This document shows positions 41,276 to 51,456 of a DNA stretch of 64,000 bases, in pieces. Below the pieces are notes generated by a model. The model saw only the letters and a list, made by a program, of their open reading frames with translations. It did not search any database and was not told where the DNA came from. The DNA is from Candidatus Eiseniibacteriota bacterium. Lineage in GTDB: Bacteria > Eisenbacteria > RBG-16-71-46. Position numbers and translations under genes: made by a program. Within the stretch, counting starts at the first letter, position 1. Each line of letters begins with the position of its first letter. The DNA is taken from NCBI GenBank assembly GCA_963725865.1, contig CAVSAC010000010.1, forward strand, positions 864,001 to 928,000, given 5' to 3'.

Positions 41276-42437
41276 ATGAAGTCGTACTCGCTGACGCATC
41301 TGTCGGACTGCACTCTGCTCCATGACCTGGCTGCGCTCGTCACCCAGGATCGCGCCACCACCGCCGCGATGCTCGCCCATCTGGCCGAGGTGGATGCTCG
41401 CAAGCTCTTTCTGCCCGCGGCCTATCCCTCGATGTTCGCGTGGTGCCTGGGTGAACTGAAGCTCTCGGAGGACTCGGCCTTCAAGCGCATCGCGGCCGGG
41501 CGTGCGGCACGGCGGTTCCCTGGCATCTTCACGATGGTGGCAGACGGTCGGCTGCATCTGAGCGGCGTGGTGCAACTGGCGCCGCACCTCACGACCGAGA
41601 ACGTGGACAAGCTGCTCGCGGCGGCCGCCGGTCGGACCAAGGCGCAGATCGAGCGGCTCATCGCCGAGCGCTTCCCGCGGCCCGACATGCCTTGCGTGCT
41701 GCGAGCGTTGGATACGAACATCCCGGTCGCGGTGTCAGCGCACATGACAACGTCTGAACTCGCCCCGGGGCGAGTGAATATTTGTACAGCGCAGCGAGCC
41801 TGAGCCGATCTCGGCGTCCGAGACGTCCGCGCTCGCGCCGGCTGCCATTGGTCAGCCCACAGCCACGCTCGGGACTCGACATGAGCTCGCACCTGTCGCG
41901 GCACCGATCCTGCCGCACACGCGAGTCTCCCCACTCGCGCCGGGGCGTTTCGCGCTTCAGGTGACTGTGAGCCAGGTCACCCACGACAAGCTCCGCCGAG
42001 CGCAGTCCCTGCTGGGTCACACCGTGCCGTCGAGCGACATCGCTCAGGTGCTCGACCGCGCGCTGGACGCGTTGATCGCCAAGCTCGAGCAGCGGCGCTT
42101 CGCGGCGACCGCCCGCCCGCGTACGACGCGCCGGCGCGGGAACGGAGACGCGCGGCATGTCCCTGCCGAGATCCGCCGACAGGTCTGGAAGCGCGATGGC
42201 GGACAGTGCACGTTCGTGGGCGAGAACGGCCATCGTTGCGAGGCCCGCACGCGCCTGGAGTTCGATCATGTCCAGCCGTTCGCCCGCGGCGGCCAGGCCA
42301 CGCCAACGGGCCTGCGCCTGCGCTGCCGAGCGCACAATCAGTTGGAGGCCGAGCGCACGTTCGGGAGCGCGTTCATGGCACACAAGCGCGAGGAGTCGCG
42401 GAGACGGGCGGCGGAGCGCGTCGCGGGCGGAGGCTGA
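41276..42437 (+). CDS. DUF222-like N-terminal domain + HNH endonuclease (frameshift near 41775-41800); probable selfish element
   Basis: N-terminal part MKSYSLTHLSD...LAHLAEVDARKLF...YPSMFAWC...SEDSAFKRI; C-terminal part RHVPAEIRRQVWKRDGGQCTF...RC...LEFDHVQPFARGG...LRLRCRAHN. Confidence 0.82.
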
Positions 42438-42460
42438 GGAACCCGCTGCCCCGCGCGCCC

Positions 42461-43188
42461 CTACCCTTTTCCCACCTCCATCACCCGCCGCGCCTCCGCC
42501 AGCCGCTCCGCGCTGCCGATCTCGAGCCAGCGCCCGTCGAGCATCCACGGCCGAATCGCGTGGCCGGCAGCCGCCAGCCGCACGTACACGTCCGTGATCG
42601 GGAACACGCCGCGCTCCTCGATGCGGTCGAGCAGCTCCGGCGAGCACGCGTGGATGCCGGCGAACGCCAGCCGGCGCACCGCGCCGCGCGCCGCGCGGCA
42701 TTCCTGCACCAGCCCGCGCCGCAGATCCTCGCGCCCGCACAGGCCGTCGTCGTCGAACAGCAGGTAGCGCTGCGTCTCACGCTCGCTCACCGCCAGCGTG
42801 GCGAGCGCTCCGCTCGACTCGGTGCGCGGCCATCAGAGCGACGCAGGTCGGCGTCGGTGATGACGTCGACGTTGTGCAGCAGCAGCGGCCGGTCGCCGCG
42901 GAACAGCGCGCGCGCGTGCAGCAGCCCGCCGCCGGTCTCGAGCGGGCGCTCGGGCTCGCGGCTCACCACGACCGTGGCGCCCAGGTCGTGCTCGGCGATG
43001 TAGCGCTCGATGCGCGCGGCGTGGTGGTGCACGTTCACCACGATGCGGTCGGCGCCGGCGGCGACCAGCGCGCGCGCGGTGCGCTCGAGCATGGTCTGGC
43101 CGGCGATCTCGATCAGCGCCTTGGGGGTGTCGCGGCCCAGCTCGCCGAGCCGCGTGCCGAGCCCGGCGGCGAAGATCATCGCGTCCAA
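42461..43188 (-). CDS. NTP-transferase, MurU-like nucleotidyltransferase (frameshift near 42840)
   Basis: (L)DAMIFAAGLGTRL...TPKALIEI, VNVHH, LETGGGL, HNVDV; C-terminal part RYLLFD...AFAGIH...WLEIGS in a second frame. Confidence 0.85.
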
Positions 43189-44690
43189 GGTCGGTCCCGT
43201 GCGCCGCGTGCGCGGGGCGTCGGCGGCGCGCGCCGCCGGCGCCGGGCCGCCGGTGCCGCGGGCCACATGGGCTCCTGCGCGTGCTCGAGGTGTACCGCCA
43301 CGTCGGGGAAGCGCTCGCGCAGGTGGCGCGCGAGCCGCTCGGCGAAGTAGACCGAGCGATGCTGCCCGCCGGTGCAGCCGAACGCCACGCTCAGGTGCGA
43401 GAAGCCGCGCTCGCGGTAGTTGGCAACGTGCGCGTCCACGATCGACGCCACGTGGCTCCAGAACGCCTCGGTCTCGGGCGTGGCCTCCAGGTACGCGGCC
43501 ACCGCCGCGTCGCGACCAGTCGCGCTCGCGAACTCCGGCAGCCGGCCGGGATTCGGCAGCGCGCGGCAGTCGAACACGTGCCCGCCGCCGTGCCCGGAGT
43601 CGTCCGGCGGCAGACCGTGGACGTAGCTGAACGAGCGCACCTGCACGGTCAGGCCCGGCGGTGTCGCGAGCGGCCCGCGGCGGCCGGCCCACGTCTGCAC
43701 GATGTGCCGGAACACGCGCTCCACCTCGGGCAGCTCGACCGGCAGGCCGGCCTCGAGCAGTCCGGCCAGGTTGCGCGCCGCGTGCGGCACGCTCTCGAGG
43801 AAGCGCGGCTTGCGCTCGAAGAAGCCGCGATAGCCGTACGCGCCCATCGCCTGCATGATGCGCACGATCACGTAGCCGCGGTAGTGCTCGAGCAGCCGCG
43901 CGGGCTCCACGCCGGTGAGCGTGGCGTACGCGCGCGCGTAGCGCGCGAGCAGATGCGTGCGCAGATCGTCCGGCAGGTCGGCCTTGGCGTCGAACAGCAG
44001 CGAGGCGATGTCGTACTGCGGCGCGCCGCGCCGGCCGCCCTGGTAGTCGATGAACCACGGCGCGCCGGCGCGCAGCATGATGTTGCGCGACTGGAAGTCG
44101 CGATACAGGAAGCCGCTCGTGTCGGCACCCAGCAGGTGCGCGATGAGCCGGTCGAAGTCGTTCTCGAGGCGCTGCTCGTTGAACGGGATGTGGGCGAGCT
44201 TGAGGAAGTGGTACTTGAAGTAGTTGAGGTCCCACCGCATCGACTGCTCGTCGAACGCGGCGCGCGGATAGGCGACGCTGAAGTCGATAGCCCGCCCGCC
44301 CTCGACCTGGAAGCGCGGCAGCAGCTCGACGACGCGCTCGTAGACCGCCACCATCGCGTCGGGGAACGCGCCGCCCGCGCCCTTCCGCGCGGCCGAGAGC
44401 GCCCCGAACAGCGTGGTGTCGCCCAGGTCCTCCTCGATCCAGAGCCCCTGGTCGACGTCCTCCGCCAGGATCCGCGGCACCGGCAGGCCGAGGCCGTGGA
44501 ACGTGTGCGAGAACGACAGGAACGCGCGGTTCTCGTCCGGGTCGGGACCGATCGCGCCGATCACCGACGCGGGCGCCGCGCCGCGCAGGCGGACGTAGGC
44601 GCGCTGCGAGCCGTCCGCGACCAGCGGTCGCACCTCGGAGGGGGCGCGGCCGAACGTGCGGGTGTAGAACGCGACGAGGGCGTCGTTCAT
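43176..44690 (-). CDS. AmgK-like aminoglycoside-phosphotransferase-fold kinase fused to a RapZ C-terminal domain
   Basis: ADGSQRAY, EDLGD, YRDFQSRNIM, IDYQG, YDIASLL; C-terminus SFSY...FDCRALPNPG...FGCTGGQHRSV. Confidence 0.88.
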   Translation of the reverse strand: MNDALVAFYTRTFGRAPSEVRPLVADGSQRAYVRLRGAAPASVIGAIGPDPDENRAFLSFSHTFHGLGLPVPRILAEDVDQGLWIEEDLGDTTLFGALSAARKGAGGAFPDAMVAVYERVVELLPRFQVEGGRAIDFSVAYPRAAFDEQSMRWDLNYFKYHFLKLAHIPFNEQRLENDFDRLIAHLLGADTSGFLYRDFQSRNIMLRAGAPWFIDYQGGRRGAPQYDIASLLFDAKADLPDDLRTHLLARYARAYATLTGVEPARLLEHYRGYVIVRIMQAMGAYGYRGFFERKPRFLESVPHAARNLAGLLEAGLPVELPEVERVFRHIVQTWAGRRGPLATPPGLTVQVRSFSYVHGLPPDDSGHGGGHVFDCRALPNPGRLPEFASATGRDAAVAAYLEATPETEAFWSHVASIVDAHVANYRERGFSHLSVAFGCTGGQHRSVYFAERLARHLRERFPDVAVHLEHAQEPMWPAAPAARRRRRAPPTPRARGARDRPWTR

Positions 44691-44785
44691 GGGCGCAGGA
44701 TAGCGAACGCAAGCCTTGGGGGTAAGTGCGACGAGCGGGGTGCCGCGCCTCGAGTCCCGGCCATCGGCGAACGACGACCGCCGAA

Positions 44786-45202
44786 CTACGGGACGCGCTT
44801 GTAGCGAACCACGAACACCTGGGAGCCCTGGGGCGAGGTGAACTCGGTGGGCCGCGAACCCGTGCCCAACTGGTAGCACACGGTGAGAGAGCTCTCCGCG
44901 AATTCGTAGATCGCAGGTATGGTGCGTCCCGCGTTCGGCCCCTCTCGCCCGACGATGTCCATCTTCGCGGGCTTGCTCGGCGCCAGCAGCACGAGTTCAC
45001 CCTTGTCACCCGCAAACTCGTAGGAGCTCGCTGTGAGGTGAAGCATCGCGCCGTTGAACGATGCGACGGGGAACGGCTTGCCCCCCAGCTCCGCGCGCTC
45101 AGGTGACCACGAGCCCTGAAGCCGCGAACCCAGCGACCCATGGCCCACGCAGCCTCCGACCACCAGCGCGACGACCAGCACTGCGATACGACGAGGGTTC
45201 AT
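44786..45202 (-). CDS. Small lipoprotein, TIGR03067-like domain
   Basis: GGAGG RBS; LVVGGC lipobox; LQGSW...AELGGK...MDI..REGPNAGRTIPAIYE...LTVCY...RPTEF. Confidence 0.72.
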   Translation of the reverse strand: MNPRRIAVLVVALVVGGCVGHGSLGSRLQGSWSPERAELGGKPFPVASFNGAMLHLTASSYEFAGDKGELVLLAPSKPAKMDIVGREGPNAGRTIPAIYEFAESSLTVCYQLGTGSRPTEFTSPQGSQVFVVRYKRVP

Positions 45203-45246
45203 GATGCCTCCGAGGTGGGACACGGTGACGCTCCGGCTCCGAACTC

Positions 45247-45633
45247 TCACTGCCCCACCATCGCCTCCATCAGCCGCGCGATCTCCTTCGCCGGGTCCTC
45301 GCAGAGCCCCGAGTGCACGGGCGAGACCTGCAGGATCGTGCTGCGCGGGGCGACCAGCCAGTGCCAGCGCTCGCGCAGGCTGAGCTGGCCGATCGGGCCA
45401 CTGCCGTCGCGGCCGGCGGCGATCAGCGGCACGGCGCGCAGGTGCTCTTCGATCAGCACCAGGTCGGCGCCCGCGAACAGCGCCAGCACGCGCGCGCGAT
45501 CCAGCGCCACGCGCGCCTCGAGGAAGTCGCGCTCGAGGCAGAACAGGATCACCCCGGCGTTGACGAACTCCTCGCGCTCGACGCGCGGCACCACGCGCAG
45601 CACGGCATAGTCAAACGAGAGCGACGCGGGCAC
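45247..45633 (-). CDS. DUF3037 domain protein
   Basis: FDYAVLRVVPRVEREEFVNAGVILFC...ERWHWLVAPRSTILQVSPVHSG; GGAGGAGG RBS before GTG. Confidence 0.88.
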   Translation of the reverse strand: MPASLSFDYAVLRVVPRVEREEFVNAGVILFCLERDFLEARVALDRARVLALFAGADLVLIEEHLRAVPLIAAGRDGSGPIGQLSLRERWHWLVAPRSTILQVSPVHSGLCEDPAKEIARLMEAMVGQ

Positions 45634-46391
45634 GTTCGGCCTCCTCCGTGAATGCGGGCGCGGCCGCGAGCCGCCGCGCGAGCCAGCGGGCGTAGGCGGC
45701 GCGGTACTCGGCGGGCGTGGCGAAGCGCGGCTCGTCGGCGAGCCAGTCGTCGGGGATCTGCGCGAGCACGCGCTCGACCACCTCGCGCCCGAGCATCGGC
45801 GCCAGCCGCTCGCCGCGCCTCGCCGAGCCGCGACGCCCAGCGCAGCAGCACGTGGTCCTTCACGGCGGCGAACGGGTCGCGGCTGCGCGCCTCCTCGTCG
45901 GCCCACGTGTGGTGGAAGTAGAGCGACGAGCCGTGATCGATCAGCCACAGGTTGCGGTGCCAGGTGAGCAGGTTGGGATTGCGCGCGGTGCGATCGACGT
46001 TGGTGGCGAACGCGTCCATCCACACCACGGCCGAGGCCTCGTCGGCGGCGGGCGCGGGGCCCGCGACGGGATCGAACGTGATGCTGCCGGGCAGGTAGTC
46101 GACACCGAGGTTCAGGCCCACGCTGCCGCGCAGCAGCTCGCGGATCTCGGCGTCGGGCTCGTTGCGCCCGAGCACGGCGTCCACCTGCACGAGCACCAGC
46201 TCGGGCACCCGCAGGCCGGCGGCGCGGGCCAGCTCCCCGGTGATCAGCTCGGCGACCAGCGCCTTGGTGCGATGGCCGGCCGCGCGGAACTTGACCACGT
46301 AGAGCCCGCAGTCGTCGGCCTCGACGATGGCGGGCAGCGAGCCGCCCTCGCGCAGCGGCGTCACGTAGCGGGTGGCGGTCACGGTCCTCAT
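45611..46391 (-). CDS. HipA-like kinase (frameshift near 45815)
   Basis: TRYVTPLREGGSLP, YVVKF, LVAELI, NVDRTARNPN, LIDHGSSLYFHH; C-terminus IPDDWL in a second frame. Confidence 0.85.
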
Positions 46392-46611
46392 GCGTGCCAG
46401 ACTAACCCAGCGCCGCGGCGGGTCGAAACCACGCGGCGGCGAGGACCGGCGGCCGCGCAGGCCCGCTCGGCGCCCTTGCCGGCCCCCCCCGCCGGCTCCA
46501 CGCCGCCCGACTCAGTCGTTGACCGATCGGGAACCCGCACTAGAGTCATGCGGTGTGGGAGGGCTCGGAATCCCGAGCACCTCATGCCCCCGGGCCGCAG
46601 AGAGGTTTGCA

Positions 46612-49053
46612 ATGCACGGTCTCGTGTCGTCCTCCGCTCGAATGGGCCGCCGGACACTGGTGACGATCGCCGCACTGTGGCTCGCTCCCGCAGTGGCGCT
46701 CGCGCAATCGGTGGACACCACGCTGTGGGTCACCGACGGATGGGTCTCGTCGCTCGCGCGCTCGGGCAACACGCTCTACGTGGGCGGCAGCTTCACCCGC
46801 CTGGGGCCCGCCACCGGCAGCGCCGTGCCGCTCAGCGTCACGAGCGGCACTCCGGTCGCGCCGTACGCCAAGGTCGCCGGCAGCGTGAAGTGCGCGATCC
46901 CGGACGGCGCGGGTGGCTGGTATCTCGGGGGCACGTTCGTCGCGCTGGGCGGCGTGCCGCGCGCCAACCTGGCGCACGTGCTGAGCGACGGCACCGTCGC
47001 CGCGTTCGACCCCGCGCCCGACAGCGCGGTGGTGGCGCTGGCGCTGAGCGGCTCCACACTCTACGTGGGCGGCACGTTCAACCACGTCGGCGGCCAGGCG
47101 CGCAGCAAGCTCGCGGCGCTCGACGCGGCCAGCGGGCTCGCGACCGCGTGGGATCCGAACCCGCAGCTCGGCGGGGGCTATCCCAGCGTGGTCGCGTTGG
47201 CGTTGACCGCGAACTCGGTCATCGTCGCCGGGCGCTTCTCCACCATCGGCGGAGCGACGCGCCCCGGCCTGGCGATGATCGACGCGTCGAGCGGCCTGGC
47301 GTCGGGCTGGAATCCCAACCCGAACGGACCGCCGACCGCGGTGCTGGTCGACGGCACGAAGGTCTTCGTGAGCGGCATGTTCGGGAGCATCGGCGGCCAG
47401 CCGCGCAGCGACCTCGCGGCGCTCGACCTCGCGACGGGCGCGGCCACGGCGTGGAACCCGGGCGCGAACGGCCCGGCGCTCAGCATGGCGCTCGACGCCG
47501 GCACGCTCTACGTCGGGGGCAGCTTCACGAGCATGGGCGGGCAGCCGCGCAACTACATCGCGGCCATCGATACCGCGAGCGGCCTGGCGACCGCGTGGAA
47601 CCCGGATGCCGAGCTGCCGGTCTGGCCGTTCGGGGTGGTGCACGCGCTGGCGGTCAGCGGCTCGACGGTGTTCGCGGGCGGCGGATTCACGAGCATCGGC
47701 GGGCAGCCGCGCAGCTACCTCGCGGCGCTCGATGCCGCGAGCGGTGCGGCCACCGCGTGGGATCCGGACGTGAGCGGCGTCGTCGAGGCGCTGGCGGTGA
47801 GCGGTTCCACGGTGTTCGTCGGCGGGTCGTTCACGTTGCTTGGCGGCGTGCGCCGGAGCGACCTCGCGGCGATCGACCTTGCCACCGGCATGCCCACCGC
47901 CTGGGATCCGAATCCGACCGGGACCAACTACTCGGGCGGCACGGTGCTCGCGCTCGCGACCGACGGCGCGACGGTCTACGCGGGCGGCTACTTCGACCAC
48001 ATCGGCGATCAGCCGCGAAGCGCCATCGCCGCGATCGATGCGGCCACCGGGCTCGCGACCGCGTGGAATCCCGACGCGGTCGGCCCATGGTACAGCCCCG
48101 CCACGGCGGTCACCTGCCTCGACCTGGAGGGCGCCACGCTCTACGCGGGCGGCTACTTCGAGACCATCGGCGGAGCGGGGCGCCACACGCTCGCGGCGCT
48201 CGACACCGGAACCGGGCTCGCCACCGCGTGGGCGCCGGCGACCGCCGGCGGCCCCGTGAATCAGATCGCCGCCGTTGGCTCGGTGGTGTACGTGGCGAGC
48301 CAGGGCGGCTTCTGGGCGTTCGACGCCGGCAACGCCAGCCAGCTGTGGAGCGCGCCGCTCACCGCGTACGGGGTGGCGCCGCTCGGTTCGAGCGTGTTCG
48401 TCGCGGGCTACTTCTCGAGCGTCGGCGGCGAACCTCACAACTGGGTCGCGGCGCTGGAGGCGGCCGGCGGCGGGGTCCTGCCCTGGGACCCGAACGCGGA
48501 CGACCGCGTGAACGCGGTGGCGACCTCGGGGTCCGCGGTGCTGGTGAGCGGCCAGTTCTCGCACATCGGAGGACAGGCGCGCCGCGGCATCGCGACACTC
48601 GACGCGACGAGTGGCCTGGCCACGGACTGGGACGCGAAGTCGAACGGCAGCGCGTCGGCCTTCCTGACCGACGGAACGACGCTCTACCTCGGGGGCTCGT
48701 TCACCGCGATCCGGGATCGTCCCAGCGGCGGACTGGCCGCGCTCACCTCGACGACGACGGCAGGCGGGCCGGCGGCGTCGGTCGGCCCAGCCGTGGCGCT
48801 GGCTCAGAGCCTGCCCAACCCGGCGGGCGCCGGTGCCTCGATCCGCTTCTCCCTGCCCGCCGCGATGGCCGTGCGCCTCGCGGTCTACGACCTGCAGGGT
48901 CGCCGCATCGAGACCCTGCTGGATTCCGCGCGCTATCCAGCGGGCGAGCACCGGATCCCGGTGGCGACCGCGCGCTGGCGGCCGGGCATCTACCTCTACC
49001 GCTTGGAGACGCCGCGTGCCACACTCACACGCAGGTTGGTGGTCGCGCACTAG
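46612..49053 (+). CDS. Secreted beta-propeller repeat protein with T9SS-A/FlgD-like C-terminal domain
   Basis: Signal peptide ending PAVALA; about 14 repeats of LAxSGSTLYVGGxFxxIGGQPRxxLAALDxATGLATAWNP; C-terminus LAQSLPNP...VYDLQGRRI...GIYLYRL. Confidence 0.88.
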   Translation: MHGLVSSSARMGRRTLVTIAALWLAPAVALAQSVDTTLWVTDGWVSSLARSGNTLYVGGSFTRLGPATGSAVPLSVTSGTPVAPYAKVAGSVKCAIPDGAGGWYLGGTFVALGGVPRANLAHVLSDGTVAAFDPAPDSAVVALALSGSTLYVGGTFNHVGGQARSKLAALDAASGLATAWDPNPQLGGGYPSVVALALTANSVIVAGRFSTIGGATRPGLAMIDASSGLASGWNPNPNGPPTAVLVDGTKVFVSGMFGSIGGQPRSDLAALDLATGAATAWNPGANGPALSMALDAGTLYVGGSFTSMGGQPRNYIAAIDTASGLATAWNPDAELPVWPFGVVHALAVSGSTVFAGGGFTSIGGQPRSYLAALDAASGAATAWDPDVSGVVEALAVSGSTVFVGGSFTLLGGVRRSDLAAIDLATGMPTAWDPNPTGTNYSGGTVLALATDGATVYAGGYFDHIGDQPRSAIAAIDAATGLATAWNPDAVGPWYSPATAVTCLDLEGATLYAGGYFETIGGAGRHTLAALDTGTGLATAWAPATAGGPVNQIAAVGSVVYVASQGGFWAFDAGNASQLWSAPLTAYGVAPLGSSVFVAGYFSSVGGEPHNWVAALEAAGGGVLPWDPNADDRVNAVATSGSAVLVSGQFSHIGGQARRGIATLDATSGLATDWDAKSNGSASAFLTDGTTLYLGGSFTAIRDRPSGGLAALTSTTTAGGPAASVGPAVALAQSLPNPAGAGASIRFSLPAAMAVRLAVYDLQGRRIETLLDSARYPAGEHRIPVATARWRPGIYLYRLETPRATLTRRLVVAH

Positions 49054-49084
49054 GCGCCGGACCGCCGCACCCAGGAGGATGCAC

Positions 49085-49807
49085 ATGAATTCGCGGCCGC
49101 ATCGGGGTCCGATCGCATTGCTCACGCTCGGCCTGGCGCTCGCGCTGCTCCCCGCGATCGCGTCCGCGGCGGACTGGCTGCCGCTCGTCGATGGCATGCA
49201 CTGGGACTATCGCAGCGCCAACTTCCAGGAGACCCAGATCATCACCGGCACCAGGACACTGCTCGGGCGCACCCTGTACGTGAAGTCGTTCGTCGGCGGA
49301 CCGGACTCCGGGCTCCAGAACTTCTGGCAGGTGGCCCCCGATGGCAGCGTGCTGCTGGGCGGGTTCGACAACGTGAGCGCGGGGCTCGCGCTCGCCTACG
49401 ATCCCCCGTTCCCGGTGCTCCAGACGCCGCCGTCGCTGGGGCTGACCTGGTCGACGCACAGCGTCGCCCGCCTGATTCCGTCGATGGTCGAGTACGCGAC
49501 GATCGACCTGAACTGGGAGGTGTCGGAAGACGTCGTGCTGGAGGTGCCGGCGGGCAGCTTCCACGCTTTCGGCGTCGGGCAGGTGCCCCCGACCGCCGCC
49601 AAGGTGATGGCGGGCGGCCGGGCGTTCACGCTCGACGGCCGCCTCGTAGCGGATCCGGGCAAGGCCGCTGTTGCCACCGATTGGTACTCCGAGGGCGTCG
49701 GGGAGGTGCAGTTCCTGGCGTCCGACCTCTTCCAGCTCGTCGCGTTCGGTCCGCCGCTGCCGGCCACCGCGTCCACCTGGGGACGCGTCAAGCAGCTCTA
49801 CCGGTGA
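49085..49807 (+). CDS. Secreted protein with C-terminal TWGxxKxxY tail
   Basis: AGGAGG RBS; signal peptide; WLPLVDGMHWDY, VPAGSF, WYSEGVGEV; ends PLPATASTWGRVKQLYR. Confidence 0.82.
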   Translation: MNSRPHRGPIALLTLGLALALLPAIASAADWLPLVDGMHWDYRSANFQETQIITGTRTLLGRTLYVKSFVGGPDSGLQNFWQVAPDGSVLLGGFDNVSAGLALAYDPPFPVLQTPPSLGLTWSTHSVARLIPSMVEYATIDLNWEVSEDVVLEVPAGSFHAFGVGQVPPTAAKVMAGGRAFTLDGRLVADPGKAAVATDWYSEGVGEVQFLASDLFQLVAFGPPLPATASTWGRVKQLYR

Positions 49808-49875
49808 GGCCCGCCGCGGACTGAGCCGCCGGGGCTGCCGACGGATTGCGAGGCCCTCGGGGCCGTACGCCGGCG

Positions 49876-51456
49876 CTACGCGGGCCCTAGCTCCTCGCGC
49901 AGCGCGTCGGCCGCGCGCAGGGCGAGCGCCACCGCGGTCAGCGTGGGGTTCACCGCGCCGCCGGCGCCGACGAAGCTGCCGAGCCCGAGCGTCCACAGGC
50001 CCTGCGTGCCGTGCACGCGGCCGAGCCCATCGGTCACGCTGTCGGCCTCGGTCCGGCCCATGCGCGTGGTGCCCATGTGGTGGGCGAACGTCGCGAAGTC
50101 GGCGATCGGACGGTAGAGCCACTCGTACGCGCCGGTCGTCTTCGCGACCTGCTCGAAGATCTCGGTGCCCCACGCGTACGAGCGCTGGTCGAACTCGTCG
50201 AGCGCGTACTGGACGTGCGGGACCGGATCGCCGAAGCGATCCTGGAAGGTGGTCGAGAGGCTCACGCGCTTGGCGGGGCTGGTCGAGGACTCGGCGTGGA
50301 TCGCCACGCGCCGGCAGTGGCGCAGGATCTCGAGTCGCTTCACCACCTCCGGGCCGCTGGTCTCCTGCGCGGCGTCGTGCACGTGCGCGCTCCAGACGTT
50401 CGACGGCAGCTCGATCTTGATCCCGCCGAGCTTGCCGCGGTCCTTGGGCTCGCAGAACTGCTGGCTCTGGCCGGTCCACCAGCCGACCTGGCCGGCGAAC
50501 ATCGGCTCCTTCCAGTGCATGTGGCCGCTCCACACGTGGTGGAACACCAGATTGGCGCCCACGTGCCCGCCGCCGTTGCCGAGACCGTCCGGGTGCCGCG
50601 CGTCCTTCGAGAGCAGCAGCAGCCGCGCGGAATCGAACGCCCCGGCCCCGACGATCACCAGGTCGAACGGCAGCTCGCGGTCGGCGGCCTCGGAGTGCGC
50701 GCGCACGAGCAGCGCGCGCACGCGGCCCTGGGCGTCGGCCACGATGCGCCGCACCGAGGTGTCGGGCAGGATCCGGCAGCGTCCGGTGGCGACCGCGCGC
50801 TGCAGGTGGTGGTTGGGCGAGTACCGCACGCCGATCGGGCACAGCTCGCACTCGCCGATGTTCATGCACGCGGGCCGGCCGTCGTAGGCGAGCCGGGTGC
50901 GCGCCTGCGGCGTGCTGTGCATGTGGATGCCGCCCTTCGCGAGCAGCGCGACCATGCGGTGATCGTCCGCCGTGAGCGGAAACGGCGGCAGCGGGTAGGG
51001 CCGCGAGCGCGGCGGCGCGAACGGGTTGTCGTCGTCGGTGCCCGAGACGCCGATGAACGACTCGGCCGCGCAGTACCAGGGCTCCACCTCGTCGTAGCCG
51101 ATCGGCCAGTCGGCCCCGAAGCCGAACGTGGAGCGCAGCGTGAAGTCGTGCGGGCGCATCCGCATGGTGAGGCCGGCCCACTGGGTCGCGCTGCCGCCCA
51201 CGCCCATCACGCGCTCGGCGGTCAGGTCGCGCACGTAGTCGCCGCTCTGCGTGAGCTTGCGCAGGTCGTGGGCGGCGCGGAAGCGCTCGTCGTCGATCCC
51301 GTGCATCACGCTGGCTTCGAACTGCGGCTGGTGCGGGTACGGCAGGTCGGGGCCCCGCTCGAAGATCACGACCTCGTGCCCGTGGCGCGTGAACGTGTCG
51401 GCGAACGCCGCGGCGACGATGCCGGCGCCCACGATCGCGATGCGCGGCGCGCTCAC
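49876..51456 (-). CDS. GMC family FAD oxidoreductase
   Basis: IVGAGIVA, VGGSATQWAG, DWPIGYDE, CMNIGECELCPIG, HHMGTTRMG, NPTLTAVALALR. Confidence 0.9.
   Translation of the reverse strand: MSAPRIAIVGAGIVAAAFADTFTRHGHEVVIFERGPDLPYPHQPQFEASVMHGIDDERFRAAHDLRKLTQSGDYVRDLTAERVMGVGGSATQWAGLTMRMRPHDFTLRSTFGFGADWPIGYDEVEPWYCAAESFIGVSGTDDDNPFAPPRSRPYPLPPFPLTADDHRMVALLAKGGIHMHSTPQARTRLAYDGRPACMNIGECELCPIGVRYSPNHHLQRAVATGRCRILPDTSVRRIVADAQGRVRALLVRAHSEAADRELPFDLVIVGAGAFDSARLLLLSKDARHPDGLGNGGGHVGANLVFHHVWSGHMHWKEPMFAGQVGWWTGQSQQFCEPKDRGKLGGIKIELPSNVWSAHVHDAAQETSGPEVVKRLEILRHCRRVAIHAESSTSPAKRVSLSTTFQDRFGDPVPHVQYALDEFDQRSYAWGTEIFEQVAKTTGAYEWLYRPIADFATFAHHMGTTRMGRTEADSVTDGLGRVHGTQGLWTLGLGSFVGAGGAVNPTLTAVALALRAADALREELGPA

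Noticed and set aside
41276..42437. IscB/Cas9-like RNA-guided nuclease
   Set aside because: No PLMP or RuvC motifs; only a C-terminal HNH after a helical DUF222-like region.
44786..45202. Horizontally acquired island around the TIGR03067-like gene
   Set aside because: Slightly atypical codon usage, but only one gene and no flanking repeats or mobility genes.
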